Positions 38,146 to 48,330 of a stretch of DNA of 64,000 bases are shown here, in pieces; the stretch's first letter is position 1, and each line of letters begins with the position of its first letter. The notes beneath the pieces are model-generated. The model saw nothing but the letters and a program-made list of their open reading frames with translations. It did no database searches and was not told the DNA's origin. The stretch is from NCBI GenBank assembly GCA_963666285.1, contig OY762711.1. The stretch is one strand, 5' to 3'. The position numbers and the translations under genes are program-made. The stretch is from Sedimentisphaerales bacterium (lineage in GTDB: Bacteria; Planctomycetota; Phycisphaerae; Sedimentisphaerales; SM23-30).

Positions 38146-39003
38146 ATGACTGAAATATCAAAATTTGCAGATGTCAGTTCGGATGCAAAGATAGGTGAAA
38201 ATGTAACTATCGGACCATTTTGTGTGATTGGACCTCAGGTTGAATTAGGTGATAACTGTGTTCTGCATAATGGGGTTACTGTTACAGGTAATACCAGGGT
38301 TGGTGCAAATAATACCTTTTATCAGCACAGCTTGATTGGAACAGCTCCGCAGGACCTGAAATACCGAGGGCAGGATACAGAGACAATTGTTGGTGATAAT
38401 AATGTCTTTCGTGAGTTTGTTGTTGTCCATCGGGGTACAGAGGTTGGTGGTGGGCAGACCATTGTCGGCAGTAGTAATCTGCTTATGTGTGGTGCTCATA
38501 TTGCACATGATTGTATTGTTGAAGATCGTACTATTATTGGAAACAATGTCCTGCTGGCTGGACATGTGAAAATCGAATACGGTGCCATGGTTTCTGCTAT
38601 GGTTGGCATACATCATTTTACAATTGTTGGCAGAAATTGTTACGTTGGTGCTAAAACGCCGGTTCGTAAAGACGTGCCTCCTTTTAGTATTTTTGAGGGT
38701 GATCCGTGCAATGTACGTGGCATCAATGCCGAAGGACTCAAAAGGCATGGTTTTTCTCAGGATGTGATTTCTGATCTCAAGAGGGCGTATGTCAAACTAT
38801 ACCGCAAAAGTGACTCTCTTGAAAATGCGGCACAAGAGTTACTGAATTCTGAAGGGATAAGTGATCAGGTTAAATTGTTTTGTCAGGCTGTTGTTAACAG
38901 CTGTTCCAATAGATTTGGAAGGTATATGGAGAATTTCAGAGCCGATGGCAATTTGAGCAAGGTTAACCGTATTCCTGAAGAAGTGAGAAAGAACCAATCT
39001 TGA
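38146..39003 (+). CDS. lpxA: UDP-N-acetylglucosamine O-acyltransferase, paralogue 2
   Basis: Hexapeptide repeats; PQDLKY, HRGT, HIAHDC, LAGH, DVPPF and GLKR motifs. Confidence 0.9.
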   Translation: MTEISKFADVSSDAKIGENVTIGPFCVIGPQVELGDNCVLHNGVTVTGNTRVGANNTFYQHSLIGTAPQDLKYRGQDTETIVGDNNVFREFVVVHRGTEVGGGQTIVGSSNLLMCGAHIAHDCIVEDRTIIGNNVLLAGHVKIEYGAMVSAMVGIHHFTIVGRNCYVGAKTPVRKDVPPFSIFEGDPCNVRGINAEGLKRHGFSQDVISDLKRAYVKLYRKSDSLENAAQELLNSEGISDQVKLFCQAVVNSCSNRFGRYMENFRADGNLSKVNRIPEEVRKNQS

Positions 39004-39124
39004 TAGGATTATTAAAGTAACCTTTTGTCTTTGACTGGGTAAGATAAATATAGATAATTTAGGGAAAGTATTATCATTTGATGGATGCTTCCGATTTAAT
39101 TTAAATATCAGCAGGAGAATATAT

Positions 39125-40210
39125 ATGGCGCGTAGAAGCTATTATGGCACAAAGAGACGGACCTCTTCAAGGCGAATAGTATTGTATATAGCATTGGTTG
39201 CTGTTCTCGCTCTGGCTGGTAAAAAAATATATGATGAATATATGACTCGTGCACCTGAGATTGTTGTGCCTGATGATCCTGAGGTTACTTCTGAGAATAC
39301 AACTCAGGATCCTGTATATCATACACCTGAACCTGAATATGTTGCTGAGAGTGAACCGGAAGCCCAAGTTGAGATGGCTGCTGAAGATGATCAGCAGGGT
39401 GTGACGCAGCAACCTGTTACTCAGCCTGCTTCTATGCCGTATGCTCCGAAATTTGATGCAGCACTGAAGAAATTTGCCGATGGCAAGGTTGCGAAGGACC
39501 AGGGGAAGGTTTTAGAGTCTAGAAGTCTGCTTTCTGCTGCTGTAGCAGAAGGGTTGCCCTGGGAAAAAGAAGTAGAAGCTCGTAGTTTGTTAAATGATCT
39601 TGCTAAATTATGGTTATTTTCAAAGAACTTTTACGAAAATGATCCGCTTTGCGTGAGATATCGTGTTCAAAGTGGTGATTACCTGGCAACTATCGGGAAG
39701 AAGTTCAAAATACCTTTTCAGTTCATAATGACGTTAAACAATATCAGTCGTCCGGAAAACCTTCGTGCTGATGAAAATCTGAAAGTTATTAATGGGCCGT
39801 TTCATGCTGTTGTTGACCGGTCAAAATTTATGCTCACAATTTACCTGGGCGATACTATTTGCTATACTTGGCAAATATCTACCGGGCGGGAAGGGCGATC
39901 TACACCAACTGGTAAATGGATGGTTACTAAGGGTAAGAAACTTGAAAATCCGGAATGGACTGATCCTGATACTGGTGTAAAATATTTGCCTGACGATCCT
40001 GAAAACCCTCTTGGTGAACGCTGGATAGGTATCCATGGCATAGAAGGCGATGCCCTTGGGCGTACCGGATTTGGTATTCATGGTACTATCGAACCGGAAA
40101 AAATCGGGCAGCCGGCCAGTAGAGGATGTATAAGGATGCGTAACCAGGATGTTGAGATTGTTTACGATATGCTTTATGGTGGCGAATCTACTGTCACTAT
40201 CAAAGATTAG
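39125..40210 (+). CDS. LysM-containing L,D-transpeptidase (YkuD family)
   Basis: TM anchor; LysM (YRVQSGDYLATIGKKF); GIHGT...SRGCIRM catalytic motif. Confidence 0.92.
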   Translation: MARRSYYGTKRRTSSRRIVLYIALVAVLALAGKKIYDEYMTRAPEIVVPDDPEVTSENTTQDPVYHTPEPEYVAESEPEAQVEMAAEDDQQGVTQQPVTQPASMPYAPKFDAALKKFADGKVAKDQGKVLESRSLLSAAVAEGLPWEKEVEARSLLNDLAKLWLFSKNFYENDPLCVRYRVQSGDYLATIGKKFKIPFQFIMTLNNISRPENLRADENLKVINGPFHAVVDRSKFMLTIYLGDTICYTWQISTGREGRSTPTGKWMVTKGKKLENPEWTDPDTGVKYLPDDPENPLGERWIGIHGIEGDALGRTGFGIHGTIEPEKIGQPASRGCIRMRNQDVEIVYDMLYGGESTVTIKD

Positions 40211-40262
40211 TTTCAAGATAGTAAGTTTGACAATGTCTTGCTTCGCGAAGGATTAGTTTATT

Positions 40263-42035
40263 GTGGAATGTAAGGCAATTGATACATTATTAGCGAAGCG
40301 GGATGTTAAGGGCCACTGGACCGGCAAACTTTCAAGTAGCGCCTTGGCTACAGCTGTTGCTGTCTTTGCCCTAAAAAAAGTCGATCCGGATATATACGCC
40401 GGTCAAATTTCAGATGGTGTTAGATGGTTGGCTGACAATGCCAATGATGATGGTAGTTGGGGAGATACTACTAAAAGTTTCAGTAATATTAGTACTACAT
40501 TACTATGCTGGTCCGCTCTTAATGGTGAAATTGGTATTGATCCGGTTATTTCTAAATGTGAACGCTGGATCAAGGATTATTGCGGTTCACTCAATCCGGA
40601 AGATATTGCTCAGGCGGTATATCAGCGGTATGATAATGACCGAACTTTCTCGGCTCCCATAATGACGGTGTGTGCACTGGCCGGTAGGTTGGGCAAAGGT
40701 AAGGCTGCTTGGAAATATGTGGCAAGATTACCTTTCGAACTAAGTATTTTTCCGCATAGTATGTATAGTATGCTCGGGCTGCCGGTTGTTAGCTATGCTT
40801 TGCCTGCTCTCATTGCTATTGGCCAGGTTGGGCATCATTTCAGGCCGACTGCTAATCCTTTAACAAGAATATTGCGTTGTTTGTCTATTGGCCGTTCTTT
40901 GAAAAAACTTGCAAAGATTCAGCCTGGCAATGGCGGATTCCTTGAAGCTGTGCCATTAACAGCTTTTGTAGTATCCTCGCTGGCGGCAAAGGGGCTTAAT
41001 AATCACAAAGTCGTTCAAAAAGGAGTTAAGTTTATCATCAGCTCCCAGCGGGCAGATGGCAGCTTTCCAATTGATACTGATCTTGCAGTGTGGCTGACAA
41101 CTCTGTCGATCAATGCCTTGGCAGATAGTGACAATCTGGAGCTTTTAAGTGAAGAAGAACATAGATATTTTGCTGACTGGCTGATTAGCTGCCAGTATAA
41201 GGAAACTCATCCTAATACCAATAGTCCGCCCGGCGGTTGGGGGTGGACGGATAAACCGGGTTCTGTCCCTGATGCCGACGATACCTCTGGGGCAATCCTG
41301 GCATTATGCAATCTGATGAATGATAAGTTAACGGTGGCTGACACTTTGAATTCCATTACAGACGGTTGTCGCTGGCTCTTGGGTCTCCAAAACAAAGATG
41401 GCGGCATACCTACATTCTGTCGAGGCTGGGGCAAACTGCCTTTTGACCGAAGCTGTTGTGATATTACCGCCCATGCTATTGCTGCCTGGTCGAGTGCCTT
41501 GGAATATGTCAGTGACGACAAGACCAAAAATGATATGATTGTTGCGATCGGTAGGGCGCTGGAGTTCCTTCGTTCCCAGCAAAACTATCGCTTTGGTTTC
41601 TGGCTGCCGCTCTGGTTTGGTAACCAGCATATGCCCGATGATTCCAATCCGGTTTACGGTACGGCCAGGGTAATTGCCGGCATCCGCTATGCCCCAGAAG
41701 AGTTTAAATACCTGGTTTATCCCATGCTGGAGAAATCTTCCCATTGGCTTGCTGATGTCTTATGTGACGACAGTCAGGTTACTGATATCTATAATTCTAT
41801 CGAAGAAGTTTCTCTTGCTGTTCATGCTATACAGGCAGCTCTGGATATTTTGCCTATGGAAAAAGAGAAAAAGACCGAAAAACTCAAAACTGCCATACAA
41901 AAAGGAAGGGCATACCTCGCTGATAAGCAAGATATGCCCGCATCACCTATCGGTTTTTATTTTGCAAAGTTGTGGTATTTCGAAGAGCTTTATCCTCTTA
42001 TCTTCCAGACCGCTCTCAAGCCTGCTATATCATAG
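40263..42035 (+). CDS. Squalene-hopene cyclase-like terpene cyclase (prenyltransferase repeats)
   Basis: DADDT protonation motif; QW-like repeats (QRADGS, QNKDGG, NDDGSWG); GGWGW. Confidence 0.8.
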   Translation: MECKAIDTLLAKRDVKGHWTGKLSSSALATAVAVFALKKVDPDIYAGQISDGVRWLADNANDDGSWGDTTKSFSNISTTLLCWSALNGEIGIDPVISKCERWIKDYCGSLNPEDIAQAVYQRYDNDRTFSAPIMTVCALAGRLGKGKAAWKYVARLPFELSIFPHSMYSMLGLPVVSYALPALIAIGQVGHHFRPTANPLTRILRCLSIGRSLKKLAKIQPGNGGFLEAVPLTAFVVSSLAAKGLNNHKVVQKGVKFIISSQRADGSFPIDTDLAVWLTTLSINALADSDNLELLSEEEHRYFADWLISCQYKETHPNTNSPPGGWGWTDKPGSVPDADDTSGAILALCNLMNDKLTVADTLNSITDGCRWLLGLQNKDGGIPTFCRGWGKLPFDRSCCDITAHAIAAWSSALEYVSDDKTKNDMIVAIGRALEFLRSQQNYRFGFWLPLWFGNQHMPDDSNPVYGTARVIAGIRYAPEEFKYLVYPMLEKSSHWLADVLCDDSQVTDIYNSIEEVSLAVHAIQAALDILPMEKEKKTEKLKTAIQKGRAYLADKQDMPASPIGFYFAKLWYFEELYPLIFQTALKPAIS

Positions 42036-42040
42036 ATATT

Positions 42041-42235
42041 CTATTCTTCTTCCCATACGACAGGGTATATTGTTACTTGCAGGTTGCTTTTGGTAATATA
42101 AATATCATCTGTAATTATAGGTCTGAGCGATTCTATTTCTTTTTGCATATTTTGTATTGCTTTTTCACCAGTTGAAATCTGTTGATTGAGGATGCCTATT
42201 CTTGATCTGATATCCCTTTGTTTCTTAAATATCAT
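42041..42235 (-). CDS. Short ORF, possibly the frameshifted C-terminus of the upstream coiled-coil protein
   Basis: ATGA overlap with the upstream stop; continues the coiled-coil character; its frame is open 13 codons upstream of the ATG. Confidence 0.45.
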   Translation of the reverse strand: MIFKKQRDIRSRIGILNQQISTGEKAIQNMQKEIESLRPIITDDIYITKSNLQVTIYPVVWEEE

Positions 42236-43311
42236 TGGATGATGCTCGATATCATTTTCTTTCTTGCCATTATTTCAATTTTTGCTACTATCCCGGCCTG
42301 GTCGATAGTTAAATCAATGATTTTCTCTGACAGAGAAAGGACAATATCATTCATCTTTTCTTTTTGGGATATTCTTACATTGATTTGTTCTTCCAGCCTG
42401 ATATCTTTGTCTGGACTTTCAGCTAAATGCTGTCTTATGTTATCAATTTCAGCTTCGTTTTGCCTGACCATTTGGAAGGCGATCTCTTTTTGTTTTTTGG
42501 TTTCTTCCAGCCTGGCTCTTATTTCAGCTAATTCAACTTCTGCGACAGTTATTTCAGAACCCCATTCTTTGGCCTCTGTCAAATCCTCTTCGATGTTTAA
42601 ATCATATCCTTTAAGTTGTTTACTGCATTCATCATGCTCTAGCATGAGTTGTCCCAGTTCTTCGTTAAGCTTTTCTATTTCATTCTGGCCTTCCTCAATT
42701 TGGCCGCTAAGTTTTGTTATCTTTGCCTCTTTATACCTTTCTAAGTATTCCACCATAGCACCGGCAATGTAGATTGCATCTTCTTTTGAGCTGGCCAGAA
42801 ATGAGCATCCCGAATCCATTGGTGTATATGGTTCATCGGTTTCTGGTACGTTTTTTCTTGGTCCTCTTATGGCATCTCTTCTCCTTTGATTAGCTATTGC
42901 TCTAGCCCTCTCAGCCTGCGTAAGGTTTGCAGGTATACTAAAGTTTTTGCCTCTTTGAAGGTTTAAAAGATACATCATATTGTCAGAAATTTCTTTTTGA
43001 GCTGGTGAAACATGTTTCCAGGATTCAGATTCTGGCATCCCATCATATATATCATAACAATTGACCTCGTGATATTCATCCAAGGTGATTCCGATTGCCA
43101 CCCTGAAATTAATCTTTTCTCTTGATGAATAGAATTCCGGCATATTTTTTGAAGTGTAAATATTTGATTCATTGCTTTGATTTGCCAGTGTTTCAATCGT
43201 TTCAGTTATTGAACCGGCTTCAATTGGCTCTGATAGACTTTGTTTCTCTTGGGCGATGGCCGGGCATAATGTTATAAGTAGTATTAGTAATGCTTTAATG
43301 GGTGTTCTCAT
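42232..43311 (-). CDS. Secreted coiled-coil hypothetical protein
   Basis: Signal peptide; E/K/Q-rich heptad C-terminal half; directly downstream of the sigma/anti-sigma pair. Confidence 0.75.
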   Translation of the reverse strand: MRTPIKALLILLITLCPAIAQEKQSLSEPIEAGSITETIETLANQSNESNIYTSKNMPEFYSSREKINFRVAIGITLDEYHEVNCYDIYDGMPESESWKHVSPAQKEISDNMMYLLNLQRGKNFSIPANLTQAERARAIANQRRRDAIRGPRKNVPETDEPYTPMDSGCSFLASSKEDAIYIAGAMVEYLERYKEAKITKLSGQIEEGQNEIEKLNEELGQLMLEHDECSKQLKGYDLNIEEDLTEAKEWGSEITVAEVELAEIRARLEETKKQKEIAFQMVRQNEAEIDNIRQHLAESPDKDIRLEEQINVRISQKEKMNDIVLSLSEKIIDLTIDQAGIVAKIEIMARKKMISSIIQ

Positions 43312-43314
43312 GGT

Positions 43315-43809
43315 TTATATTCCTTTCTGAAGGGTATTTAGCTTGTTTTTTGCTATTTCAGCCTGTTCAAAATCCGGATATGTTTCTATTATTGATTTAT
43401 ATTGAGTTATTGCATAGTCAACATTGCCAGGCTGTGCTGCAAATATATCTGCCAGTGCCAGTGCTCTTGCTGCCATACCTGCCTTTTCGATTCTGTATTC
43501 AATATCTGCCAGTGATAGAATTTTGCTTTCCTGGCTGATTTCGATAGTGTTCTCAATATTATTGGAATTAACTGCAACAACTGGCGGGGTTGCTATTTCT
43601 TTTATCGGCTTGCTTATTAAATATATATAAAAGGAGACTGACAGCAGAATACCAAGCACCGCCGCAGCAGACAGCCATTTAAATACCAGCTGCCTGCTTT
43701 TGTCTGACTGGCTGGATGCAGCAAAAATAGCATTTTTAAGCTTTTCATCCGGCCCGGTTGGCTGATAATTATTCAATATATCTAATATCTTATTTTCATT
43801 ATTATCCAT
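43315..43809 (-). CDS. Putative membrane anti-sigma factor
   Basis: GGGAG then ATG at 43809, overlapping the sigma stop; short cytoplasmic N-terminus, one TM helix, TPR-like tail (YKSIIETYPD). Confidence 0.6.
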   Translation of the reverse strand: MDNNENKILDILNNYQPTGPDEKLKNAIFAASSQSDKSRQLVFKWLSAAAVLGILLSVSFYIYLISKPIKEIATPPVVAVNSNNIENTIEISQESKILSLADIEYRIEKAGMAARALALADIFAAQPGNVDYAITQYKSIIETYPDFEQAEIAKNKLNTLQKGI

Positions 43810-44305
43810 ATAGAGTCTCCCTGGCATCATCCGGGATGATTACTTTTAACTTTTCTATTGCGTACTGATACCGGCTGGCTACAGTATTTACCGATTTATC
43901 CAGCATTTCGGCTATTTCCTTGAAGGTCATATTTTCAAATACCTTCATATGTAATACTTCTCGTTGCCGCGGCGGCAGCTTTCTCATCGCTGATTCAACT
44001 ATTTCCTGCTGCTCACTGGCAAAATCTTCACTTTTGGACTCCAGTAAACCTGTTTGAGCATAAGAAATCTTTAGGTTTTCGTGGTCATTATTCTTTTTTA
44101 GCAGTTTATATGCCTCATTTCTGACAGCCTTGCGTAAGTATAAATATAATTCTTTCAATTCTGAGATCTCTCTGCCGGACCTGATGAACTTCATAAATAC
44201 CAGCTGGATAGTATCCTCTGCCATTGATTTGTCGGCAAGGATCATGAGAGCGTACCTGTATAATTGCTCTCCGTATTCGTTATATGCTAACTCGCTTATA
44301 TGCAA
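43802..44305 (-). CDS. ECF-type RNA polymerase sigma factor
   Basis: Region 2 (LYRYA...AEDTIQLVF, YLRKAVRN) and region 4 (LPPRQREVL...TFKEIAEML...TVASR). Confidence 0.9.
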   Translation of the reverse strand: MHISELAYNEYGEQLYRYALMILADKSMAEDTIQLVFMKFIRSGREISELKELYLYLRKAVRNEAYKLLKKNNDHENLKISYAQTGLLESKSEDFASEQQEIVESAMRKLPPRQREVLHMKVFENMTFKEIAEMLDKSVNTVASRYQYAIEKLKVIIPDDARETLYG

Positions 44306-44452
44306 GGCTTTATTAGTCCCGAATGATAGCTGTTTTTATGATTTATTATGTCCGTCACTATTAATAATCCACAATTAGATGTTTTTGTCTATAAAAATGA
44401 AAAAATTGCTGGATATATGGTAATATTTTCTGGTATCCTGCGTTATTCAGCT

Positions 44453-45460
44453 ATGAGAATAATATTTTTACTTACATTTTTTATGATTTGTCGGCATGCC
44501 ATCTATGCCGAAGTTGATTGTTTGCCTATGAATACCAGTTCCAACCAGCCTGAAACTTATCAGGTAGATACCGTTTTGCTTCAGTGGCACGATGCCAAAA
44601 GAGGTCGTGATATTCCCGTTAAAATTTACTATCCTAAAGACTATGCAGGCATCTGTCCCGTGATTGTTTTTTCTCATGGACTTGGCGGTTCTCGTCAAGG
44701 GTATGCTTATCTCGGCAATTTTTGGGCTGGTCAGGGCTATGTTTCTATTCATCTGCAGCATCTTGGCAGTGACGACTCTCTCTGGATTGATAAAGCTCCT
44801 GATGATATTATGCCTGCCATGCGAAAGGCTGTTGCAGATATCAGTAATTCACTCAATCGCATATTTGATGTTCATTTTGCTTTGGATCAGTTAGATATAC
44901 TTAATACTGAAGAGGGGGTATTGAAAGGGCGTCTTGATATTCAACATATAGGCATGGCCGGCCATTCTTTCGGTGCTTTTACAACTCTCGCAGCAATTGG
45001 TGAGGGATTTCCTCGTCTTGGCAGCAGGTTGCAGACTTATGATGACTCCCGGATCAAAGCTGCTATTGCTATGAGTGCTTCTCCATCTCGTCATCGTGAA
45101 AAACTTAAAAAAGTATACAGTGGTATTGATATACCTTGTTTCCATATGACAGGTACACTGGATGATAGCCCGGTTTCCACTACAAAAGCAGCTGAGCGAC
45201 GCCTGGTTTATGATAATATCGATCGGCCGGACCAGTATCTGCTTACTTTCGAAGCTGGCGACCATATGGTATTCTCCGGCAGGTCTACTCCCGGCAGGGA
45301 TACTTCCAGAGATTCTACCTTTCACAACCTGATTCAAATCAGTACTACTGCATTTTGGGACGCTTATCTTAAAAATGATAAAAAGGCTCTCCAGTGGCTG
45401 ACTGAAGGTGATTTTGAGAAACAACTTAATGGAAACGGGACATTTGAACATAAGGAATGA
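44453..45460 (+). CDS. Secreted alpha/beta hydrolase (dienelactone hydrolase / PAF-AH-like)
   Basis: FSHGLGG, GHSFG nucleophile elbow, TG..D and DHM catalytic motifs; signal peptide from ATG 44453. Confidence 0.85.
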   Translation: MRIIFLLTFFMICRHAIYAEVDCLPMNTSSNQPETYQVDTVLLQWHDAKRGRDIPVKIYYPKDYAGICPVIVFSHGLGGSRQGYAYLGNFWAGQGYVSIHLQHLGSDDSLWIDKAPDDIMPAMRKAVADISNSLNRIFDVHFALDQLDILNTEEGVLKGRLDIQHIGMAGHSFGAFTTLAAIGEGFPRLGSRLQTYDDSRIKAAIAMSASPSRHREKLKKVYSGIDIPCFHMTGTLDDSPVSTTKAAERRLVYDNIDRPDQYLLTFEAGDHMVFSGRSTPGRDTSRDSTFHNLIQISTTAFWDAYLKNDKKALQWLTEGDFEKQLNGNGTFEHKE

Positions 45461-45465
45461 TAGAT

Positions 45466-46512
45466 TTATTCACCATGTTTAATGTCTCTGTATTCTTCTT
45501 CAATTTCCCTGTCACATTCTTCGCAAAATTCATGTGTCATGTAATGCTGAACGTATCCTGTCCCCGGCAGCCCGGGATAGACCTGACCTTCTTTCAGCAG
45601 TGTTTCTGTTAGTAGTTTATATGCCTTTCTTGGCGTGTAGTGCTTACACATATCCAGGGCAATACTCAGCATGGCCATACGCATAAGCAGCTCATGAAAG
45701 ATGTCATCAATCTGTTCGTCGCTAAGAGTTTCCTCTTTAGGTAACTTTATTGGCGGGTCAAACAAGGTGCATACCGGCTCATCTCTTAAACCATATGTAA
45801 CGATATCCATTTGCTCGAACATCTTTTTAGTTTCTTCGTCCGGTTCGATCTTAAAATCTGACTCTGCTTCACTTTTTATGATTTCGTCAATATCATTCTC
45901 AAATAAGTTGTAGGGATCATTATCTTCATGGCTATTTTCCTCAGCGAATGAATGGGTTGTCTCCTTTATTTCTATATTTTCATCTTCGTCGACTGAAACT
46001 TCTGTTATTTCCAATTGTGGTTTATCCGGTGGGTTATTTGGGTCGGCAAAAGGTGGATCTGGAATTGTTAATTCTCGCGGCTCTAAGTCATCTAGAAATG
46101 TCAATATCGGATCTACCAGCTCTAGCAAAACTCTGCCGTTTTGGCTGTACCATTCAAAATACAGGCGAGGTTTCCAGTACATCGGAGGTGGTTCTCCAAG
46201 CTTTGCCCGGCGGTATGCCTGTTCTATCGAACCGGGAAACCATCGAACATAGTCAATATTAATAGTGCCAGGCGGCCCAATTTGCTGATCGGCCAGGATG
46301 CTTCTGTCGAAATTAGAATCTTGCGAAAACGTGTTCTCTCTAGTCGAGAATTGTAAATGTCTACCGGCTAGCTGATTGGTGCAATTGCCGGTTAGATTAA
46401 GAATTAATGGAAATTCATGGTTCTTAAAGTGAATGTGCCCGTGAATTGAATTTCTTTCGGTATTATTGATTACGCATCCGGCTATTATATCATCATTTAA
46501 TCTGTGAGCCAT
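45466..46512 (-). CDS. Hypothetical acidic protein with C-terminal Cys/His residues
   Basis: 348-aa ORF; GGAGG ribosome-binding site and its own promoter; DMCKH...HEFCEEC. Confidence 0.75.
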   Translation of the reverse strand: MAHRLNDDIIAGCVINNTERNSIHGHIHFKNHEFPLILNLTGNCTNQLAGRHLQFSTRENTFSQDSNFDRSILADQQIGPPGTINIDYVRWFPGSIEQAYRRAKLGEPPPMYWKPRLYFEWYSQNGRVLLELVDPILTFLDDLEPRELTIPDPPFADPNNPPDKPQLEITEVSVDEDENIEIKETTHSFAEENSHEDNDPYNLFENDIDEIIKSEAESDFKIEPDEETKKMFEQMDIVTYGLRDEPVCTLFDPPIKLPKEETLSDEQIDDIFHELLMRMAMLSIALDMCKHYTPRKAYKLLTETLLKEGQVYPGLPGTGYVQHYMTHEFCEECDREIEEEYRDIKHGE

Positions 46513-46538
46513 AGTACCTCCATATATTATCTAATCAG

Positions 46539-46568
46539 ATTATACCTTAAATTGCACATCATAGTCAA
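46539..46568 (-). promoter_or_regulatory. Sigma70-type promoter
   Basis: TTGACT-N18-TATAAT on the minus strand, just upstream of 46512. Confidence 0.6.
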
Positions 46569-46598
46569 CAATTCACTTTTCCCGGCTTTTTGACCAAT

Positions 46599-46632
46599 AA
46601 AAAAGCTCAAATCATATGTTGACTTGAGCTTT
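46599..46632 (-). terminator. Intrinsic terminator after pgi
   Basis: AAAGCTCAA / TTGAGCTTT stem with an adjacent A run. Confidence 0.7.
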
Positions 46633-46661
46633 AAAATTATTTGTTGGATATTGCTGATCTA

Positions 46662-48311
46662 TTATCGCATATTTTTATATGCATTAATCAGTCCGTTTGT
46701 TGAGCTGTCATGTGAACTGACGGCCGTATCACCGTCCAGTTCCGGCAATATACTCTTTGCCAGCTGTTTGCCTAATTCTACTCCCCATTGGTCAAAGCTG
46801 AAGATGTTCCAGATTACGCCTTGGGCAAATATCTTGTGTTCGTACATTGCTACCAGTGAACCAAGTACTCTTGGAGTTACTTTTTTCACCAGGAATGAAT
46901 TTGTTGGGATGTTACCTTTGAAGATCTTAAAAGGCAGCAGTGCTTTTACTTCTTCGTCATTTAATCCTGATGCTTTTAGCTCTGCTGTTACTTCATTGGC
47001 GGTTTTACCTTTCATCATAGCTTCTGTCTGGGCAAAGAAATTACTAAGTAGTTTCGGGTGATGGTCGCCAATAGGGTTATGGCTCTGGGCCGGTGCAATA
47101 AAGTCACAAGGTATCAGCTTTGTACCCTGGTGGATTAGCTGATAAAATGCATGCTGACCGTTTGTGCCCGGCTCACCCCATACGATAGGGCCGGTCTGGT
47201 AGTCAACTTCATTGCCGTCACGATCGACGTATTTGCCGTTACTTTCCATGTTTCCCTGTTGGAAGTAAGCCGCAAAGCGGTGCAGGTATTGATCGTATGG
47301 CAAAATAGCCTCGGTTTCTGCTCCGTAGAAGTTGTTATACCACAATCCGATTAATGCCAGTAGTACCGGTATGTTTTTATCAAAATCTGCTTCCTTAAAG
47401 TGATTATCCATTGCGTGAGCACCTTCCAGCAGTTCGACAAAGTTGTCAAAACCAATTGTACAGGCTATTGGCAGACCGATTGCTGACCATAGTGAATAGC
47501 GGCCGCCAACCCAGTTCCAGAACCTGAACATGTTTGCTGTATCGATGCCAAATTCACTTACTGCTTCGGCATTTGTTGAAACCGCTGCAAAATGCTTGCT
47601 TACCTGACCTTTGTCACCGCCAACTTTTTCCAGGAACCATCCGCGAGCGGTAAATGCGTTTGTCATGGTCTCCTGGGTGGTGAATGTTTTAGACGCGATA
47701 ATAAACAGGGTTGTTTCCGGGTTAACCTTTTTCAGGATTTCCGCAATATGTGAACCGTCAACATTTGAGACAAAATGGGGGGTAATATTTTTCCAGTACG
47801 GCTTAAGTGCCTCGGTTACCATAACCGGACCCAGATCGCTGCCGCCGATTCCGATATTGACAATATCTGTTATTGCCTTACCCGTATAGCCTTTCCAGCT
47901 GCCGCTAAGCAGGTCATCACAAAATGATTTCATCTGGTTTAATACATCGTTTACTTCCGGCATAACATCGTCACCGTCAACCATGATTGATGTATTGGTA
48001 CGGTTACGCAGGGCAACATGCAGAACAGCACGACCTTCTGTTTCATTTATTTTATCACCGCTAAACATGGATTTTATCCCGTCCTTTAGGCCTGTCTCTT
48101 CGGCGAGAGTTATCAGGTTTGCCAGGGTCTCTTCTGTTATGCGGTTTTTGGAGTAGTCCAGTAGAATGTCTTCGAATTGTATTGAAAACTTTTCAAAACG
48201 CTGCGGATCGTCAGCAAACATTTCTACCATGGTTTTGTCTTTAATTGCCTCAAAGTGGCTGTGCAATTTCTTCCATGCTGCAGTATTGTTAGGTTTTACT
48301 CTTTTAAGCAT
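46662..48311 (-). CDS. pgi: Glucose-6-phosphate isomerase
   Basis: [34 protein letters not shown] and DQWGVELGK motifs. Confidence 0.98.
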   Translation of the reverse strand: MLKRVKPNNTAAWKKLHSHFEAIKDKTMVEMFADDPQRFEKFSIQFEDILLDYSKNRITEETLANLITLAEETGLKDGIKSMFSGDKINETEGRAVLHVALRNRTNTSIMVDGDDVMPEVNDVLNQMKSFCDDLLSGSWKGYTGKAITDIVNIGIGGSDLGPVMVTEALKPYWKNITPHFVSNVDGSHIAEILKKVNPETTLFIIASKTFTTQETMTNAFTARGWFLEKVGGDKGQVSKHFAAVSTNAEAVSEFGIDTANMFRFWNWVGGRYSLWSAIGLPIACTIGFDNFVELLEGAHAMDNHFKEADFDKNIPVLLALIGLWYNNFYGAETEAILPYDQYLHRFAAYFQQGNMESNGKYVDRDGNEVDYQTGPIVWGEPGTNGQHAFYQLIHQGTKLIPCDFIAPAQSHNPIGDHHPKLLSNFFAQTEAMMKGKTANEVTAELKASGLNDEEVKALLPFKIFKGNIPTNSFLVKKVTPRVLGSLVAMYEHKIFAQGVIWNIFSFDQWGVELGKQLAKSILPELDGDTAVSSHDSSTNGLINAYKNMR

Positions 48312-48330
48312 ATTTAATTATTTCCTTTCA

